From a candidate division FCPU426 bacterium (GTDB lineage: Bacteria > Oederibacteriota > Muellerivitia > Muellerivitales > Muellerivitaceae), in contig CAWHOE010000034.1 in the NCBI GenBank assembly GCA_963830915.1, forward strand, positions 11,839-75,838: a stretch of 64,000 nucleotides of DNA. Direction: 5' to 3'. A program made the translations under genes and the position numbers. Each line of letters begins with the position of its first letter. Positions within the stretch are counted from its first letter, which is position 1. The notes beneath the pieces are model-generated. The model did no database searches. It worked only from the letters and a program-made list of their open reading frames with translations, and was not told the DNA's origin. Shown in pieces: positions 62,966 through 64,000 of the stretch.

Positions 62966-63105
62966 CTGTCGGTTGCCGTCTGCCTTCTGTCGACTGTGAG
63001 CTGTCGTCTGTCAGCTGTTGTTTATTGTCTGCCGACTATCATCCGTTGGCTGTGAAGTGTTATTCATTAGCTGTCGACCGTCGACTGTGAGCTGTCAGCT
63101 ATCCT
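62966..63105 (+). repeat. Array of 20 heptamers, consensus CTGTNNN, inverted relative to the upstream array
   Basis: ctgtcgg ttgccgt ctgcctt ctgtcga ctgtgag ... ctgtcag ctatcct. 62978-62997 is the exact reverse complement of 62464-62483. Confidence 0.95.
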
Positions 63106-63117
63106 TTGGGAGGTTCC

Positions 63118-64000
63118 GTGAGAATCCGTTTTCCATCCATATTTTCAGCCGCTAGTTTTTGCCTGGACGGCATTCTGGTGGCTTGTTCTTTTCTCCTGGC
63201 CAACTGGATCAGGTTCAACTCGGGATTATTGAAGGTAGGGGCCAGCGCTCATTACCCCCATTACCGTTCTTTCCTCCTGTTTTTCATCATCATCCATTTG
63301 ATCGTTTTCAAATATGTCGGTCTATACCGGAAACGGAGGGGGATTGGGGTGATGAGCTCTCCAAGGTCATCCAGGCGGTTTTCATTTCCTCCATCCTTAT
63401 CGCCGCTTCCACTTTCTTGATCCAGTTTTTCGCCTTTTCCCGGTTGGTCATTGGCCTCTCGGCGGTGTTGGTGGCGGTCACGGTTTGGCTTGAAAGAATC
63501 CTATTACGACGGGCCCAGATCAATCTGCGCCGTCGAGGTGTGGGGATCACCAGGATCTTGGTGGTGGGGACAGGGGAATCGGCTCAAGTCCTTCTTCAAA
63601 GGCTTCGACAAAACCCAGGGATGGGTTATAGGGTCATCGGTATCGTCTCCGAGGGTAAATCCACCGGTGAGGTCGAAGGCATCAAGATCGTTGGAACATT
63701 GTCCAAATTCACCCAACTCCTACATAAGTATGACCCGGATGAGATCATATTCGCCCTTCCTTCGGTCGCTCACGCGAAGCTTATCCCGATGTTGGTAACG
63801 CTCCAGGATACCCGTGTGAAATATAAGATCGTGTCCGACCTTTTCGGGCTCATCACCAACCCCCTGGAAAATGACGTGCTGTTGGATATCCCGATATTCG
63901 AAATGAAAGAAGCGCCCTTGAGCGCCTGGCATAACCGGGCGATGAAGAGGGTTTTCGACTTCCTGTTTTCGCTCATTGGACTTTTGATCCTTTCGCCCCT
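63118..64000 (+). CDS. Undecaprenyl-phosphate priming sugar transferase (WcaJ/WbaP type), 1-nt deletion at about 63345, 3'-truncated by the window edge
   Basis: SD GGGAGG plus GTG. N-terminal TMs, then ILVVGTGE, GYRVIG, DEIIFALP and AMKRVFDFLFS after the frame change. Confidence 0.88.

Noticed and set aside
62447-63105. CRISPR array or diversity-generating retroelement
   Set aside because: Units are 7 nt with no repeat-spacer structure and no cas genes. No reverse transcriptase or TR/VR pair is visible despite the Avd-like fold.

Overview
Bacterial chromosomal window from a diderm organism, probably an uncultured lineage assembled from long reads, since several isolated 1-nt indels break otherwise intact genes, including rplK. 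From left to right: (1) 1-12.2 kb is a glycan-uptake-like locus with a CBM11/CIA30-like protein, three tandem paralogous SLH-like/coiled-coil/beta-barrel outer-membrane proteins, a CBM-like lipoprotein, a LacI regulator with its own operator, and galK plus a sugar nucleotidyltransferase. (2) 12.7-23.4 kb is the tRNA-tuf-rpmG-secE-nusG-rplKAJL cluster. Its Thr-Tyr-Gly-Thr tRNA array is split by two PEPCK-like genes and a fumarase/aspartase, its first tRNA is degenerate, and rpoBC does not follow rplL. (3) 23.4-35.1 kb holds tmk-holB-metG-tatD and trpDCF-TPR-trpBA-accD-folC. (4) 35.1-64 kb is a large surface-polysaccharide/LPS locus with ugd, rfbD, many glycosyltransferases, three intact flippases plus one remnant, two Wzy/WaaL-like genes and a priming transferase. 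The most striking element is at 62447-63105: a four-helix-bundle (23S-IVP/Avd-like) gene enclosed by two mutually inverted arrays of 20 heptamers each, which could fold into a long RNA stem looping the gene out of the operon transcript. A small membrane-anchored protein with a NOT4-like RING cysteine pattern lies nearby.
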